A DNA stretch of 64,000 nt from Eledone cirrhosa (GCA_964016885.1 OZ024751.1:24924001-24988000); one strand, 5' to 3'; counted from the first letter of the stretch, positions 24,126 to 37,904 are shown. Made by a program: numbers and translations. Notes: generated by a model from the letters alone, not told the origin.

Positions 24126-25142
24126 ATGTTGATCTTTTCTTCTTTTCGGGTTATAGCTACTGCCGCTCAGAGAGTGGGATTGGCTCAGTGCACAGTCTTT
24201 TCTAACTTAAAATAATCTTCATGCACAGGCATTGCACGATAGCATTAATAGATAATAATGAATAATGTTATATCGTGCAATGGCCATACTCGATAACGAG
24301 GGGGCAACCATCATGTGTGTGTGTGTGTATCTATCTATCTATATATATATATAATATTTCAAGTTAGCTATCCCTATCTATATATCTCTCTATCACTATA
24401 TCCACACATGCACACATGTATGTGTGGGTAGATTACTAAACTTACTATATATGTATGCATGTGTGGGTGTGCATGTGAGTATGTGCATGTGTGTATATGT
24501 GCATGTGTATGTGTGTATGTGTGTGTGTGTGTGTGCATGTGTGTATATGTGCATATGTGTATGTGTGCATGTACATATGTGTATGTGTGCATGTGCATGT
24601 GCATAAGTACATTAAAAAAAATATAATAAATCTTATTATTCAAAAACAAAAAAAAAAAATAACAAATAAATTTTCAAAGATGGCTGTAGTTATTTAACTG
24701 CAGCGTTACAGTGAAGCGTCTCCAAGAATGGTAATGTTTCCGGAACAGTGACAACAGAGCATGAATCAAATGGTTGAACATTGAGAAGAAAATAGTCCAG
24801 TCGGCGGCAGATGAAAATAACTATTGAACTAAGGAAACAAACAAACAAACACACAAACAAAAGACCAAGAAAAACAACAAACCAACCAACACACACACAT
24901 GCAGCTCGTAGTAATATATTAGTTGCCGCTAACCCAAATTTCCGACTCAAGATTTATGGATAATGTTTCTGACAAAAGAAGAAGAAAAAAAAACCATCTT
25001 TCGGAAAAATAAATTTCGTTTCAAGCGAAGGAATGGAATTTTGAATATATTAAGAAATATACGCTCATTATATTTAAATTGAAAACTTAAGTAGCGTATC
25101 TATGCATGTATGTATGCATGTACATACATATATACTTATATA

Positions 25143-25415
25143 TATATTGGAATTTCCTATTTCTAAAGAAATACGGTATGTTTATAAATAAACATTTAGA
25201 AAGCCGTAGCTTTCCCAAAACACCGGCAGCAATCCCCATCTGGTCTCCAGCAGATGCAAGGGGGACAATCGTCAATGCCTTTCGAACTAAATTGGTTCTC
25301 ATGAGGACGCCGGCAGGTGGCGATAGCTGCCGGTGTTTTTGCCTAGCTACGGCTTTCTAAATGTCTATTTATAAACATACCGTATTTCTTTAGAAATACG
25401 AAATTCTAATACATA
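25143..25415. mobile_element. Foldback element, family F, with degenerate hammerhead in the spacer
   Basis: Inverted arms about 25143-25240 and 25313-25415. Minus strand 25270-25309 reads cgtc-CTCATGA-GAAC-caattta-GTTC-GAAA-ggca-TT-gacg. Confidence 0.68.
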
Positions 25416-25456
25416 TCTGTATACAACTTTGCTCAAAGCTAAATTCTAATTCTATT

Positions 25457-25586
<130 letters not shown>

Positions 25587-25628
25587 GCTCTCTCTCTCAC
25601 TCTCTTTCTTTCTCTCTCTCTCTGTCTA

Positions 25629-25713
<85 letters not shown>

Positions 25714-25798
25714 TTATATATATACATGTATATATGTATATATATATATGTATATATATGCATATATATATAAATGTATATATAAATATATATATGTA

Positions 25799-25888
<90 letters not shown>

Positions 25889-26067
25889 TTTTGACAAGTG
25901 AAACAAACAAACACAGGGATACAAAACTACAAAGTCATACTAGATTCACGCTGAGAGTAAATGGAGGAAGGTTCTGCGTTTCGCACAAAAATCCTTCATC
26001 AAGAAAGTTCGGATGAGGAGAGAACAGGTAGGTACAAATGTATATATATATATATATATCTACAAAT

Positions 26068-26191
<124 letters not shown>

Positions 26192-26809
26192 CGCCAAGGC
26201 AGACGCACACAGAGATACATACATATATATATATATTACATAACATAATACATGGTATGATATATTATATTGCATAGTTACACTGCATAGTTATTGGCGT
26301 TGGGAATTATCTGAAGAGTACACGCGTTTGTTGAATATGAAACCATTTACACGTCTATTGACCGACCGTTCAGTCGAGTGAAAACATACATTTATTATTA
26401 GAGCATTACACCTATTAAGATATTTTTATTTATTTCACATAATTTGTCCGCTATCTATTTAATTCTTACAACCCACTTCTATTGGTAAATTGTGTTTTAA
26501 TGCAATGACTATATAGTTCTACTCACCTTGGTATGTACAATAAAGAAAAACACAATTCTGTTTCGTTTTTGATAAAAAGATAAATAGATTAACGTGAAAT
26601 GGAGATGATTAATTTTAGATGAATGTAAGAAAATAGAAGTGACAGCAATTACATGTAATTTATTCGGCAAGGAGTATCATGATCTCTTTAAAGAATGACT
26701 GCATCAACATTACTATTAATGAGAAATCTCTATGAAAGCAGCATTTAACTTTCAATGAAGAAAGGATATATATATATATAATATATATATATAAAATATA
26801 TATATACAT

Positions 26810-27265
<456 letters not shown>

Positions 27266-27357
27266 TATAATATATATATTATATATATATATATAATATA
27301 TATATATTATATATATATATATATATATACGTTTATCTGAAGGAAAATTATAGTCAC

Positions 27358-27435
27358 CTCTTCAAAATTGCTGTTGATTGCAGTATCTAGAATACACTGG
27401 CAATGTGTCTTATACATCATAATGAATGTTTCCAC
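27358..27435 (-). CDS. RFX6: RFX6 coding exon (78 nt), B domain
   Basis: tttcag|...|gtgac. [26 protein letters not shown]. Confidence 0.96.
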
Positions 27436-27479
27436 CTGAAATATAATATCAATAATAACAGTATAAACAATAATAACAA

Positions 27480-27780
27480 GGATTGACATAAAGTACAGCA
27501 TTAAGGACAGCACAGGCGGGTACAGGACGGTACAGGACGGTAGAGGACGGTACAGGACGGTAGAGGACGGTACAAATGGGCATTCCTGCGTGTAAAAAAA
27601 AAAAAACAATAACAAAGGAATTAACAAAAAAAATGATACAAAAGAAATTTCCCAATAGGCCTATAAACCTCCGAAGGTCACTCGTGTAAAAAGCCCACAA
27701 AAACCCTCAGTGACCCTGACCACCAGGGCAAGTGCCCTCTCTCATTTTTTCCACCTCCAATCTATAGGCGCATACTCAGA
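27480..27780 (-). mobile_element. 3' UTR fragment of Tx1/L1-type LINE
   Basis: Reverse complement ctgagtatgcgcctatagattgg...gagagagggcacttgccctggtggtcaggg matches 32455-32570. Confidence 0.65.
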
Positions 27781-28025
27781 GGAGGCTATATATATGTATA
27801 TATATATATATAATAGAATAATCGAGTATCGGAAAATCAGCTCACGAATTTACGATAAACAAATCCGACATGAGTGGCAGAGGGCTCAATAATTCAGATA
27901 AATCAGAGCTATAACTATCGTTAAAGTACCAACACACAAAGATTATGCCTAAAATCACCTATGCAGCCGAAAAATAACGACCAGGAAGATCCGGGTCACT
28001 CAGATAAAATATCAATAAATCAATA

Positions 28026-28079
<54 letters not shown>

Positions 28080-28082
<3 letters not shown>

Positions 28083-28231
28083 AAGACTAAAATCTAAAGA
28101 GGGCTCGATAAGGATAAATTTATATAAAATATATAAGAACAAATATTTATTAAAATAACAGATTAAAGTTTAAGCAAAGAATCGGTGCTTTCACCCTTAA
28201 CGGGATTGTTTGCTTAAACTTTAATCTGTTA

Positions 28232-28240
<9 letters not shown>
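28080..28240. mobile_element. TA-inserted family C foldback
   Basis: ttaaaataacagattaaagtttaagcaaa ... tttgcttaaactttaatctgttattttaa form an inverted pair. Confidence 0.72.
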
Positions 28241-28262
<22 letters not shown>

Positions 28263-28707
28263 CTTTTACTTTGAATAAATAATGAATGAATATAACATAA
28301 TTTATGTACTAATTTCGTAACTCTTGATTAAATATGAATAATTTTATTGCTTATTTAAAGATTCACTTCTTTAAAATGTTCAAATGTCAACACTTCCGGT
28401 TAGCGCCCGTTATATTGTAACAGGTATAAAAACATCGCATATATTTCCGTCGCTAATATCTTCTAATGCAGTTTATATATAATATCGTCTTTTTTTTAAT
28501 GTATCATGGATTACTTTACTGATTACAGAAGAGAGTGTAACACAGACTCTCTTCAATTTCTGTGCATATTCTCAATTACGATTTTATTTGACATGTCATA
28601 TCTACATGCATATATACTTGCGTATAATATCAATACGCACACTACACACGCTAGCAGAAAACACTCGTAGGGGAGGGGCGGGGGTTCTGCTAGTGTATAT
28701 ATATATG

Positions 28708-28761
<54 letters not shown>

Positions 28762-28767
28762 TATATA

Positions 28768-28916
28768 GGAACCAGTAAGACCCCGACGGCTGAGCTCAAG
28801 CCGTTTCGACGGCTAATTCGGGTCTTACTGGTTCCTATTACCCACTCTACTACCCCAAGTATTGAGTACTTTGGTGCGTTATGGTCCACCTGGTTCCTTA
28901 CCACTTTTCCTTCGTT
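28768..28916 (+). mobile_element. TA-inserted family D foldback
   Basis: ggaaccagtaagaccc ... gggtcttactggttcc inverted pair plus the family D tail. Confidence 0.75.
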
Positions 28917-28958
28917 ATATATATATATATATATATATATTTACATACATATATAGAT

Positions 28959-29032
<74 letters not shown>

Positions 29033-29048
29033 GTGTATATATATACAC

Positions 29049-29082
<34 letters not shown>

Positions 29083-29487
29083 ATATATATAATATTTCTT
29101 TTTTCTCCCATTCATCATTACAATTGCTAACGCCTTTATTAACTCTTTTCTTTATTGACCTTTGTAACATCATTCGCCATTTTCCTTCTACTTGTGAAGA
29201 ACCAAAAAATAAAGAAGACTATCTTTTGTGTCCTCCGGTTCAGTGACATATGAGATAAAGTCATTTTGGTGAACAAGATTTATTGGTTTATTAATCTAAT
29301 CCGTTGTCGATCCACTCCCAATTCTTCTTGTGTAAAGTGCAATAAAATAGTTTAGTATACTGTATGTTAAACGGGTTTTTTGATCGTCAAACTTGAAATG
29401 AAAAAGCAACCAGTATATTTAAACATCCGAGAACAGGCGTTGCTAAAAATATATATTTATATATAGTTATTATTATTATTATTATTA

Positions 29488-29822
29488 CGGCCGTTTACGC
29501 TCTGAGTGCTCTGAGTGAGTTCAAATTCAACCAAGGTTAGCTTTGCCTTTCATCCTTACGGGGTCGATAAATAAAGCACCAGTAATGTACTGGGGTCGAT
29601 TTAATCGACTTCCTTCTCCGCCAAATTACTGGCCTTGTGCCTAAAGTAGAAACCATTGTTATTACAGCCCTTTACGTTCTGAGTTCAAATCCCGGAGCGT
29701 TTAGCTTTGTCTTTCATTCTTATGCGGTCGATAAGATAAGCTACCAGTAAGCACTAGGTTCGATTTAATCGAACCCACCCCTTCATATTGCTGGCCTCGT
29801 ATCTAAAGTAGAAACAATTATT
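29488..29822 (+). mobile_element. Two tandem 5'-truncated SINE S1-like copies
   Basis: gagttcaaat...gcctttcatccttacggggtcgataa...aaagtagaaac occurs twice. Confidence 0.75.
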
Positions 29823-29849
29823 ATTATCATCATCATTCATAACGCTTTT

Positions 29850-30002
29850 GCTCTGACAGATGTTCTTCTCTTCTATGATAACAATGTCAGGCTTTCTAGC
29901 CAGGATAAAATGGTTACACTGGATGGTCATGTCCCGCAAGATCTTATATTGTTCGTTTTCAGCAACCCTTTCCAGTTGGGGCTCAAACCATGTCTTGTGG
30001 AG
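29850..30002 (-). mobile_element. R4-like LINE fragment
   Basis: WFEPQLERVAENEQYKILRDMTIQCNHFILARKPDIVIIEEK, an RLE PD motif region. Confidence 0.6.
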
Positions 30003-30555
30003 GTATGTCGAACAGCTGTTGTCGCGTGTAGAACGGATCCGGCTATCGGCCGAGTCCATAGTGAAGATCGACCCGCTGCCTTCTTTTGGCCAGGAAGGGC
30101 AAGCAATTTTCCTCTGTCTGGTGGCAGTAGCGAAAGTGGTTGTATGGTGGACCAGGCTGAAAGGACTGAAGACAGACACTTTTCTCTTCGGCCAATCCCT
30201 CAACAACTTTTTCAAGTTTCACTTGGAAAGGAAGGTGAAGGTGGAGAGAGAAGTACTGCCCCCAGTACATTTTCTGAAAGGTGGGTGAATGTGGCGAGAA
30301 TGGCCCGTGAGTGGGCCTACTCTGATCATGCGCCTGTAGGTGGGTAAATTTGAGGAGGAGAGGGGTGCCCTTCCCGGGTGCTCTCGAATCGTCGGGTCGT
30401 TCAGGATTGGTGGAGTACCTGAGTGAACCCTGAGTGGTCATCTCTCCTATTGGGGAATTTTTCTTGTTGTATTTTCTTGTTACTTTGTTATTGTCATTTA
30501 TATTGTTTACACGTTTTATATGTATATGTAAACCCTCACTGTCCCATTCTTTACG
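30003..30555 (+). mobile_element. 3' fragment of Tx1/L1-type LINE
   Basis: IFLCLVAVAKVVVWWTRLKGLKTDTFLFGQSLNNFFKFHLERKVKVERE, paralogous to 32230-32470. Confidence 0.7.
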
Positions 30556-30559
30556 TACA

Positions 30560-32745
30560 GATGCCAGAATTGTTCGGAGACCTCTTGGTGGACGTCTACT
30601 GCAACTGGCAGCAGAACGGGAGAATTCCAAGCTCTGTGAGCCGAGAAGCGGTGGCGCTGCTGAGAAAGGATCCGAACAAGGGGGCTAACATAGATAATTT
30701 CAGGCCCATAACACTGCTAAACACAGAGTTCAAGAATATGGCCAAGGTGCTAGCAAAGAGGTTGGCGCTTGTCGTCGATGGTCTGGTGGGTGAGGCGCAG
30801 ACATGCATCATTGCAGACAAATCTATCCATGACAACCTCCACCTCATGCGATTCATCGTGGAGAGGGTAGCTAGGGAAACTGACACGGGTGGGTCCTTGA
30901 TCAATTTAGATGAGTCGAAAGCTTTCTATAGGGTCGACCATCGTTATCTGGCGGCAGTCCTGAGGGCGGCTGGCTTTGGACCCGTCTTCAGAGGCTGGAT
31001 CGTTGCCATGCACAGCGACATCTGCTCTGTGGTGAGAGTGAACGATCACCTTTCGGAACCGTTCAACATCATGCGCTCAGTCTGCCAGGGATACCCCCTC
31101 TCGGTCCTGTTGTACGTATTGTCTCTCGAGCCATCACTGCGCAAACTGGAGACGTTGAGGGGAGTCCCGCGCGAACTGGGATGCGGAAGAACCGTGTCAG
31201 CATATGCAGACGACGTCATTGTAGTGGTGTCGATCGCCAAACACATCGAGGCGATCGGCACTACACTAAGAGCATACGAGGAGGTGACAGGAGCAATGAT
31301 CAACCAGGAAAAGTCGGTGGGCCTGCGGATCGGCACCTGGAGAGGCAAGTCCATGCCGTCTAACAGCGTCCTTGGGCGCTGGACGGACGGACCGGTTAAA
31401 TTGCTAGGGGTCTGGTACGGTCCGGACCTCCAGACGCACAAAAACTAGGACGAGGTGACGAGGAAGGTGGCCTCTCGCACCCAGAAATGGGCCGAGAGGA
31501 AGCTATCCCTGAAAGGTCGAGCAGAGGTGGCGAACGCGTACATCTACTACCACCGTCATCTACTACCACCTCACCATCGTGCCTTGTCCTAAGCCTCGCC
31601 CGACCGTGCTGGAACGTTTGCTCTTTCGCTTTTTGTGGAAGGGACATGCTCCGATGGTCAGGCGGTCCATCTACTGTTAACACCCGCTACGCGGAGGGCT
31701 GGGCGTGCCGTGGCTGATGATGAAAAGGCATGCGATTAGGCTACAGCATCTCCACCTCTTCCTCGACGGTGATCAGGTGTGGTCGCCGTTTGCTAGACGC
31801 GTCTTTCCCCAGCTCGTCTCCTTAACGGAGCTGCAGTCATGGATCAAGCGAAGACCGAGAGGGAGCGCTTGGAAGCTCGAATGTCTCCAAGCGCTCGCAG
31901 CCTTCTACCAGCTGGGAATCAGTGTAACATCCACCTCCGCGTTCTATAGAGGACTAGTAGAGGGGAAAAGTGATGACGTTCTCGGGGAGACCCTGGGCGC
32001 CGAAGACGATCAGCTGTTCAAGAGAACTTTCAGCCCGGGGCCTATGGACAACTTCCAGAAATCCCTTGCCTAGCAGTACTACCGGGGAGCGTTGCCGGTT
32101 CGAGATAAGCTATACAGGCACGGAAGTGCCGTCAGTCGAACCTGTCGGACATTCGCTCAGGGCGACGAAACCGTTGTGCACGTACTCGTTCAGTGTCCCA
32201 TAGCCCCGCCGTCCTCCTTTAAGGAGGAGGAAGGAGTAGGCAGTTTTCATCTGGCTGGTGGCCATGGCAAAAGAGATTGTATGGTGGATAAGGTTGAAAG
32301 GATTGAAGACGGACACTTTCCTCTTCGGCGAATCCCTGATTAACTTTTTCACTTGAAGAGGAAAATCAGGGTGGAGAGGCAAGTGCTATCTTCTAGTAAG
32401 TTTGTTGAACGGTGGGTGAAAGTGGCGAATCTGGTTCGAGTGAACGGGCCCGTTCTGAGTATGAGCCTGTAGACTGAGGAGGGGAGAACTGAGAGAGGGC
32501 GCTTGCCTTGGTGGTCAGGGTGGCCGTGGTCTTTTGTGAGGTTTTCGCCAGGAGTGACCCTCGGAGGCTTCCTCCTTTTTGGGTAATTTTTGTTGTTTTA
32601 ATTTTTTGATTTGTTTTTACACATTTCTATCTTCTTGTTATAACCTTTTTACACGGCCAAAACCCACTTTGTATCATCCTGTACCGTTCTGTGACGTCTG
32701 TAATGTTTTTCTTCATGTTAGCCCTTGTGGCCAATAAAGAAACCA
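30560..32745 (+). mobile_element. 5'-truncated Tx1/L1-clade LINE (reverse transcriptase, decayed)
   Basis: LLRKDPNK...NFRPITLLNTEFK...LDESKAF.RVDH...QGYPLS...YADDV; downstream Zn-knuckle region ETVVHVLVQCP; stops and frameshifts; 3' aataaa. Confidence 0.9.
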
Positions 32746-32770
32746 TTATTATTATCATTACTATTATTAA

Positions 32771-33172
32771 GGGCGGTGGATTGGCAGTATCGGTAGAGGG
32801 TCGGACGCCATGCTTTGACGCATAGAGTTACAGTCCTTGCCATTTTGAGTTCAAATCCCGCCGAGGTTAACTTTGCCTTTCATCCTTACGGGGTCGATAA
32901 AATAAAGTACCAGTAATGTACTGGGTAATTGCTGGCCTTGTGCCTAAAGTAGAAACAATTATTAAGTAATATTGGTAGGGCGTCGGACACGATGCTTCAC
33001 AACATATAATTACGAACTTTTACGTTCTGAGTTCAAATACCACCGAAGTTAGCTTTGTTTTTCATCCTTATAGGGTCGATAGAATAAAGAACCAATAAGG
33101 CACTACGATTGATTTAATCGACTTTCCCCTCTCGCCAAATTACTGGCGTTGTGCCTAAATCAGAAACCATCA
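32771..33172 (+). mobile_element. SINE S1 full length plus adjacent related SINE
   Basis: 32771-32960 is a near-consensus S1; about 32972-33172 is a diverged relative. Confidence 0.82.
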
Positions 33173-33651
33173 TTTTTATCATTAGTTAGTTTAATACATT
33201 TAACGTAAAAAGTAACATAGTTGATTTAAACCACAAACTTATCGGTTTTGTTTTAAGATTTTTCATAACGATTTTGCTGTTTGGTTAGAGAGGAAATGGT
33301 AGTGCCCATAACCCTTTTAGGATCTCCGAGATTGATGGAGGGGGCAGACTGATGAAGGGGATAGAAGAAAGTGAAATATCAGAAGTTCTTGGTGATCACC
33401 AGATTGGAGTAAAATCGAGGTTTTCCATGAGCTAGAAGCTAAAATAATAAATTTTATTCTCTTCAGATTTAACAACTTAATATATATTGAGTATTCTTTT
33501 AAACTTTAACTGGGTCTTTATATTTCTTAAAATAAAAAAAAATATTATCAATCTAACTATCTATCTATTGATCAATCTGTCTGTCCCTCTGTTTGTCTAA
33601 CTGTCTGGTTATCAATCTCTCTCCCCCCCTCTGTCTCTCTCTATATATACA

Positions 33652-33682
<31 letters not shown>

Positions 33683-34367
33683 GTGTGTATGTGTGTGTGT
33701 GTTTTTGGAGATATATTAGAGCAAAATATATCTAATATCACACCAGCGTATCATATATTAGGATTCATGTTATTTTCATATTAAAAGTGTCATTTTCGCT
33801 CATAAACTAAATATCTAACCTAACGACCCTCCCCATTAAATTTAAAGCCACCGGCCACTTATTTCCGTTTTATATAAACCCCAACTCATTTGCTTTTAAA
33901 CGGAGCTTTTATTATTTTAACAGTCTCGGTTCCATTTTCAGTTTCCGTATGAATTTATGCCTACTTCCCCTACCCAGCCCCTATCTCTTCCCCTCTATCA
34001 CTTTCTGTATTTCCTTCCCTAATCGTAAATATTCCATTGATTGTTATATACACTAAACCAATCTGATTCTATCATGTTTTTTCTTTTTCTTGCTTTGGTT
34101 AAATTTTGGCCGTGTTGTCGATATAAATCCGTTGGTTTTTAACTATGTACTCTTGTATAATTTAGAACTGATGTTGACTTTAATGTCAGACGTAGCCTTA
34201 TAAATTGTAACCAAATTTTCCTGGTTTTTGCCGACTAACGATCTGGCTTAATGTTTACTGTATGAGCACTGTTCAAACAAGTCTGTTCAAACGACTATGC
34301 GTGAGTCGACCGCCTACTTGTACGGATCTCTAACACACCCGGGAGGGAAAAACATAGAAACAAAAAA

Positions 34368-34398
<31 letters not shown>

Positions 34399-34641
34399 AA
34401 GGAAAAACAAATGACACAAAAAATGAAAACAATGACAAAAAATGACAAAACTAAAAAGTAAAAAAAGGATATAAAGTTAGAAAAGGCAATGAACAATCTT
34501 TAGCAAGGCTGGCTTAGATATTGTACCGTATAGACATCTTGACAATTGAATCTTATTTGATGATTTATATGAAACATTGACAAGTCTTCAGAAGGTAATC
34601 TAATTCATACAAGTTATACTGTCGAGGATATTAGATAAATA

Positions 34642-34704
<63 letters not shown>

Positions 34705-34749
34705 GTGTGTGTGAGAGATAGAACAAACTGAAAAACTTGAAATAACCAA

Positions 34750-34900
34750 ATAATGATTTCTAAGTTAGGCATATGGCCAATAATTATTTTGGGGAAGTGA
34801 GTGGAGGTGTGGTGGAGAAGCTAATGAAATCGACTCCAGTACTAGACGGTACTTTATTTATCGACCACAGAAGGATCAATGGCAAAGTTACCCTCACCGA
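34750..34900 (-). mobile_element. Degenerate SINE S1-like fragment
   Basis: ggtactttatttatcgacc..agaaggatcaatggcaaagtta. Confidence 0.55.
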
Positions 34901-34935
34901 ACTACTCTGCTATCATACCCTCAGTCATATGTGAA

Positions 34936-35229
34936 CAAGGGGGTACTGAAAAGTTCCCGGCTTTAAGCTGCTACAAAGGTTAATTGAAGGTCGAATCTTC
35001 TACACGACTACCACCACCACTACACCCCTAACACCACTACACCACCACCACTATACCCCTAAATTAATTGGAGGCCTAACCTTCCATTTTACAGAGCTTA
35101 GAAAAAAGTAAAGGACCGCTGCAATAAGTGTGTGTATCAGAAAGGGGAATATATTGTATAAAATCATAATTAACTGATCTTCCTGTATTTTCTATTACTC
35201 AAAACCAGGAACCTTTCAGTACCCAGTCG
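34936..35229 (+). mobile_element. mariner-derived MITE / deletion derivative
   Basis: TIRs gggggtactgaaaagttcc / ggaacctttcagtaccc; internal aataagtgtgtg...aaaggggaatatatt resembles a mariner transposase C-terminus (KCV..KGEYI). Confidence 0.65.
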
Positions 35230-35759
35230 TTATTGTTCAATGGAAATCTTTACTAGAAGGTAGAATATTCTAGAAAAATCCGTTATCCTGCATTTCGTCG
35301 CTCTCACTTTCTCTGTCTCCTCCTCTCTCTCCTTCTCTCTATCCTTGTTTCTCTCCTCTCTGTTTTTTCTCTTTCTCTGTTTCTCTCTCTCTCTCTGGTT
35401 TTTTCTCTCTCTGTTTCTCTCTCTCTCTCGCTTTATCTCTGTTTCTCTCCTTCTCTTTCTACTCCCCCTCTTATTGTATTTATAGCTTTTGTCTTCTCTA
35501 TCGTTTTGTCCTCCTTCCCATAAGTTTTATCTATATATTTCTGGCCCTTCTCTTGCAGGACCTCAATGACTGGAAACAATCAGAACAAATACTTGAAAAC
35601 AAATCATATTCTCCAATGCTGTAGTAATCCTGCAAATTCACCATCCTTACCAATACTATTATAAGAATATCTTGCTAATGTAGTTTCAGTATCAACAGCA
35701 ACATATAATTGATAAATGTGTCCGAACTCCCACTGTCATCACCTCCATCTCTCTCGCCC

Positions 35760-36010
35760 TCCCCATCTCTCTGTATTATGAGCAAATGGGGTTCCACGTG
35801 CTGGACGCCCCACAGCCCAGCGGACAGAATGGAGAAGGCGTTTCCTCGGAGGATTGTAAGGGAGATGCACTGCAAGAGCCATTCCATCTCGCGAGGCTCA
35901 CACCTGTGGGTAGCCAGCTCAGAGCCTATAGTGGTGCGTAGGGAGGTGGCCCTAGGGCCAAGGAGACCAGAAGTCTCCACTGCTAGGGACACGACCGCAA
36001 ACCTGTCCGA
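35760..36010 (-). mobile_element. CRE-like non-LTR retrotransposon 3' fragment
   Basis: LAVETSGLLGP...WLLQCISLTILRGNAFSIL, resembling the AVETxG...QRISxAxQRGNA terminus. Confidence 0.7.
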
Positions 36011-36021
36011 TTCTCAGCAAA

Positions 36022-36190
36022 AAGTTACGGCCCTTTACGTTCCGAGTGCAAATCCCGCCAAGGTTAGCTTTGCCTTTTATACTTACTGGGTCGATAAAAT
36101 AAAGTACCAGCCACGCACTGGGGTCGATTTAATCGACTTTCCCGTCCCCCAAAATTGCTGGCCTTGTGCCTACATCAGAAACCATTATTA
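36022..36190 (+). mobile_element. 5'-truncated SINE S1-like
   Basis: agttacggccctttacgttccgagtgcaaatcccgcc...ctggccttgtgcc. Confidence 0.75.
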
Positions 36191-36207
36191 TTTGTATATT
36201 AACTTAC

Positions 36208-36315
36208 CTTTTCTCTGGAAATTCCTTCTGTTAAAATGAGATATTGGGCATTAGGGAATTCAGGTAGTAAAGTCCCTGTCTTCGAGCTAAGAGAGTACTT
36301 CCTTGTAAAACCTCC
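36208..36315 (-). CDS. RFX6: RFX6 coding exon (108 nt)
   Basis: ttacag|...|gtaag. [36 protein letters not shown]. Confidence 0.96.
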
Positions 36316-36397
36316 CTGTAAAACAGCAACAAACAAACTAATATTTTACATAGGCCTTATAAGATATTTTCTGCTCCATTTCCCTCTTTCTCTCTCT

Positions 36398-36565
36398 ATG
36401 TGAGAATAACGAGGGAACGATTGACTTGGTAAATTCTTTCCCCACATGAGAGAATAACAAAAGAATGATCAACTTGGCGAATTCCTTACCACATATGAGA
36501 ATGACAAGAGGATGATGAACTTGGCTAATTCCTTACCCCATGTGAGAATAACAAGGGAATGATTG
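36398..36565. repeat. Minisatellite of about 47 bp, x3.5
   Basis: atgtgagaataac.ag.gaatgat.aacttgg.taattccttacc. Confidence 0.75.
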
Positions 36566-36769
36566 CATATTTTAATCAGCCCTAAAAACGACAACAACAA
36601 AAAAAACCTCGTTGTTTATAGGATTCATAAGCAGTTAAAAACTTTCTTTGTTTCTTTTAATCCGTTTAGTCTGAAGTATGAGATTGCATAAACGTGTTAA
36701 CGCAAAAGCGAACAATTGTGGTAAGCATGTGGTATAAATACATGCACACAGAGCCATTAGCTCATGTGA

Positions 36770-37245
36770 TGTGTGTTCCATTTCCACCAGTATAGAAGCT
36801 TTTATATGTACCAATCGTCATACCGACGGCGACTTATGTTTGCAAGACATGAAAAAAGACCATCATAGCCTATGGCACTGTAGATGTCTTAGGAATATAC
36901 AAAGAATTTCTTGCCGTTATCTCATCATGAATGAAGAGATCATAGAAAAGGCGAGGTTGAGTAATCTATGAAATATCAATATTTTAAGGCGGCGGAAATT
37001 GCTCGATCACATGCAGCGCAAGCCGACAAAGGGACAAATGAGGGTCTCTTACAACTGAAATCTAGAAGGCGGACATGGTCCTAAAAGACGTGACAGATCT
37101 GTTCCAAGACGTAGTTAGGGCTTGTGGAGGAGGTCTTGGCAGACATTGGTTTGGTACGGGAGCACAGTCACATGACAGGGCTTCTTACTGTGCTGCGCTG
37201 AGATCTCTCGTCACCCGATACTCCACAGAGAACACGAGGAACTAA
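36770..37245 (+). mobile_element. Decayed RTE-like LINE 3' fragment
   Basis: HCRCLRNIQRIS...IMNEEIIEKA, followed by a G/R-rich end typical of RTE C-termini. Confidence 0.45.
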
Positions 37246-37529
37246 CTAACTAATTAAAATTAACTCTAACATATTAATGACTTTCACTTTGGCTTTATTA
37301 TGTCTGCTCATTGCTGTTCAATTTTGTTCCATACGTTACCAAATAGAACATGAAATAGAAATTCAAAATATTTTCTATTATGTTTCTTTAGTCTTTTTTT
37401 GGGGTGGGTGGGTGGGTGGGTGTAAAATTATCTCGTCTGATGACGTCAGAGAATATTTGCATTTTAAGAAAGCTGGCTGTTCTATAAATAGTTTCTGTTG
37501 ACACAATGAAAGGAAACATTAAAAATCAC

Positions 37530-37573
<44 letters not shown>

Positions 37574-37904
37574 TAAGTGAAACAATGAAAGGGAAATGAA
37601 AACTATTCATAAAATCGATGCCGTCACTATTATGCTGTGTAGACGAAAGACATTGAAAGGAAATATGATTGGGAGTAAAATAAAAAAAGACAAGATGGCA
37701 TATATTTGTTTGTTTGTTTGTGTGGAAGTGTGGAGAGTGGTTGGTGGCCATGGGTGGGGTAGGGTTGAAGGAAGGGGAAACGACGATAAAATATAAAGAG
37801 AAGTGGAAGAAGAAATGAAGAAAAAAATGAAGAAACAGAAGCAGAAGAAAATATATGAGTGACAGACGAGTACATCAATAAAAATTGAAGCGGTACCCTT
37901 GGAG

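Noticed and set aside
30423-31448. Intact functional reverse transcriptase gene
   Set aside because: No endonuclease or ORF1, the N-terminus reads through another element's UTR, and a premature stop at 31448 is followed by further disruptions.
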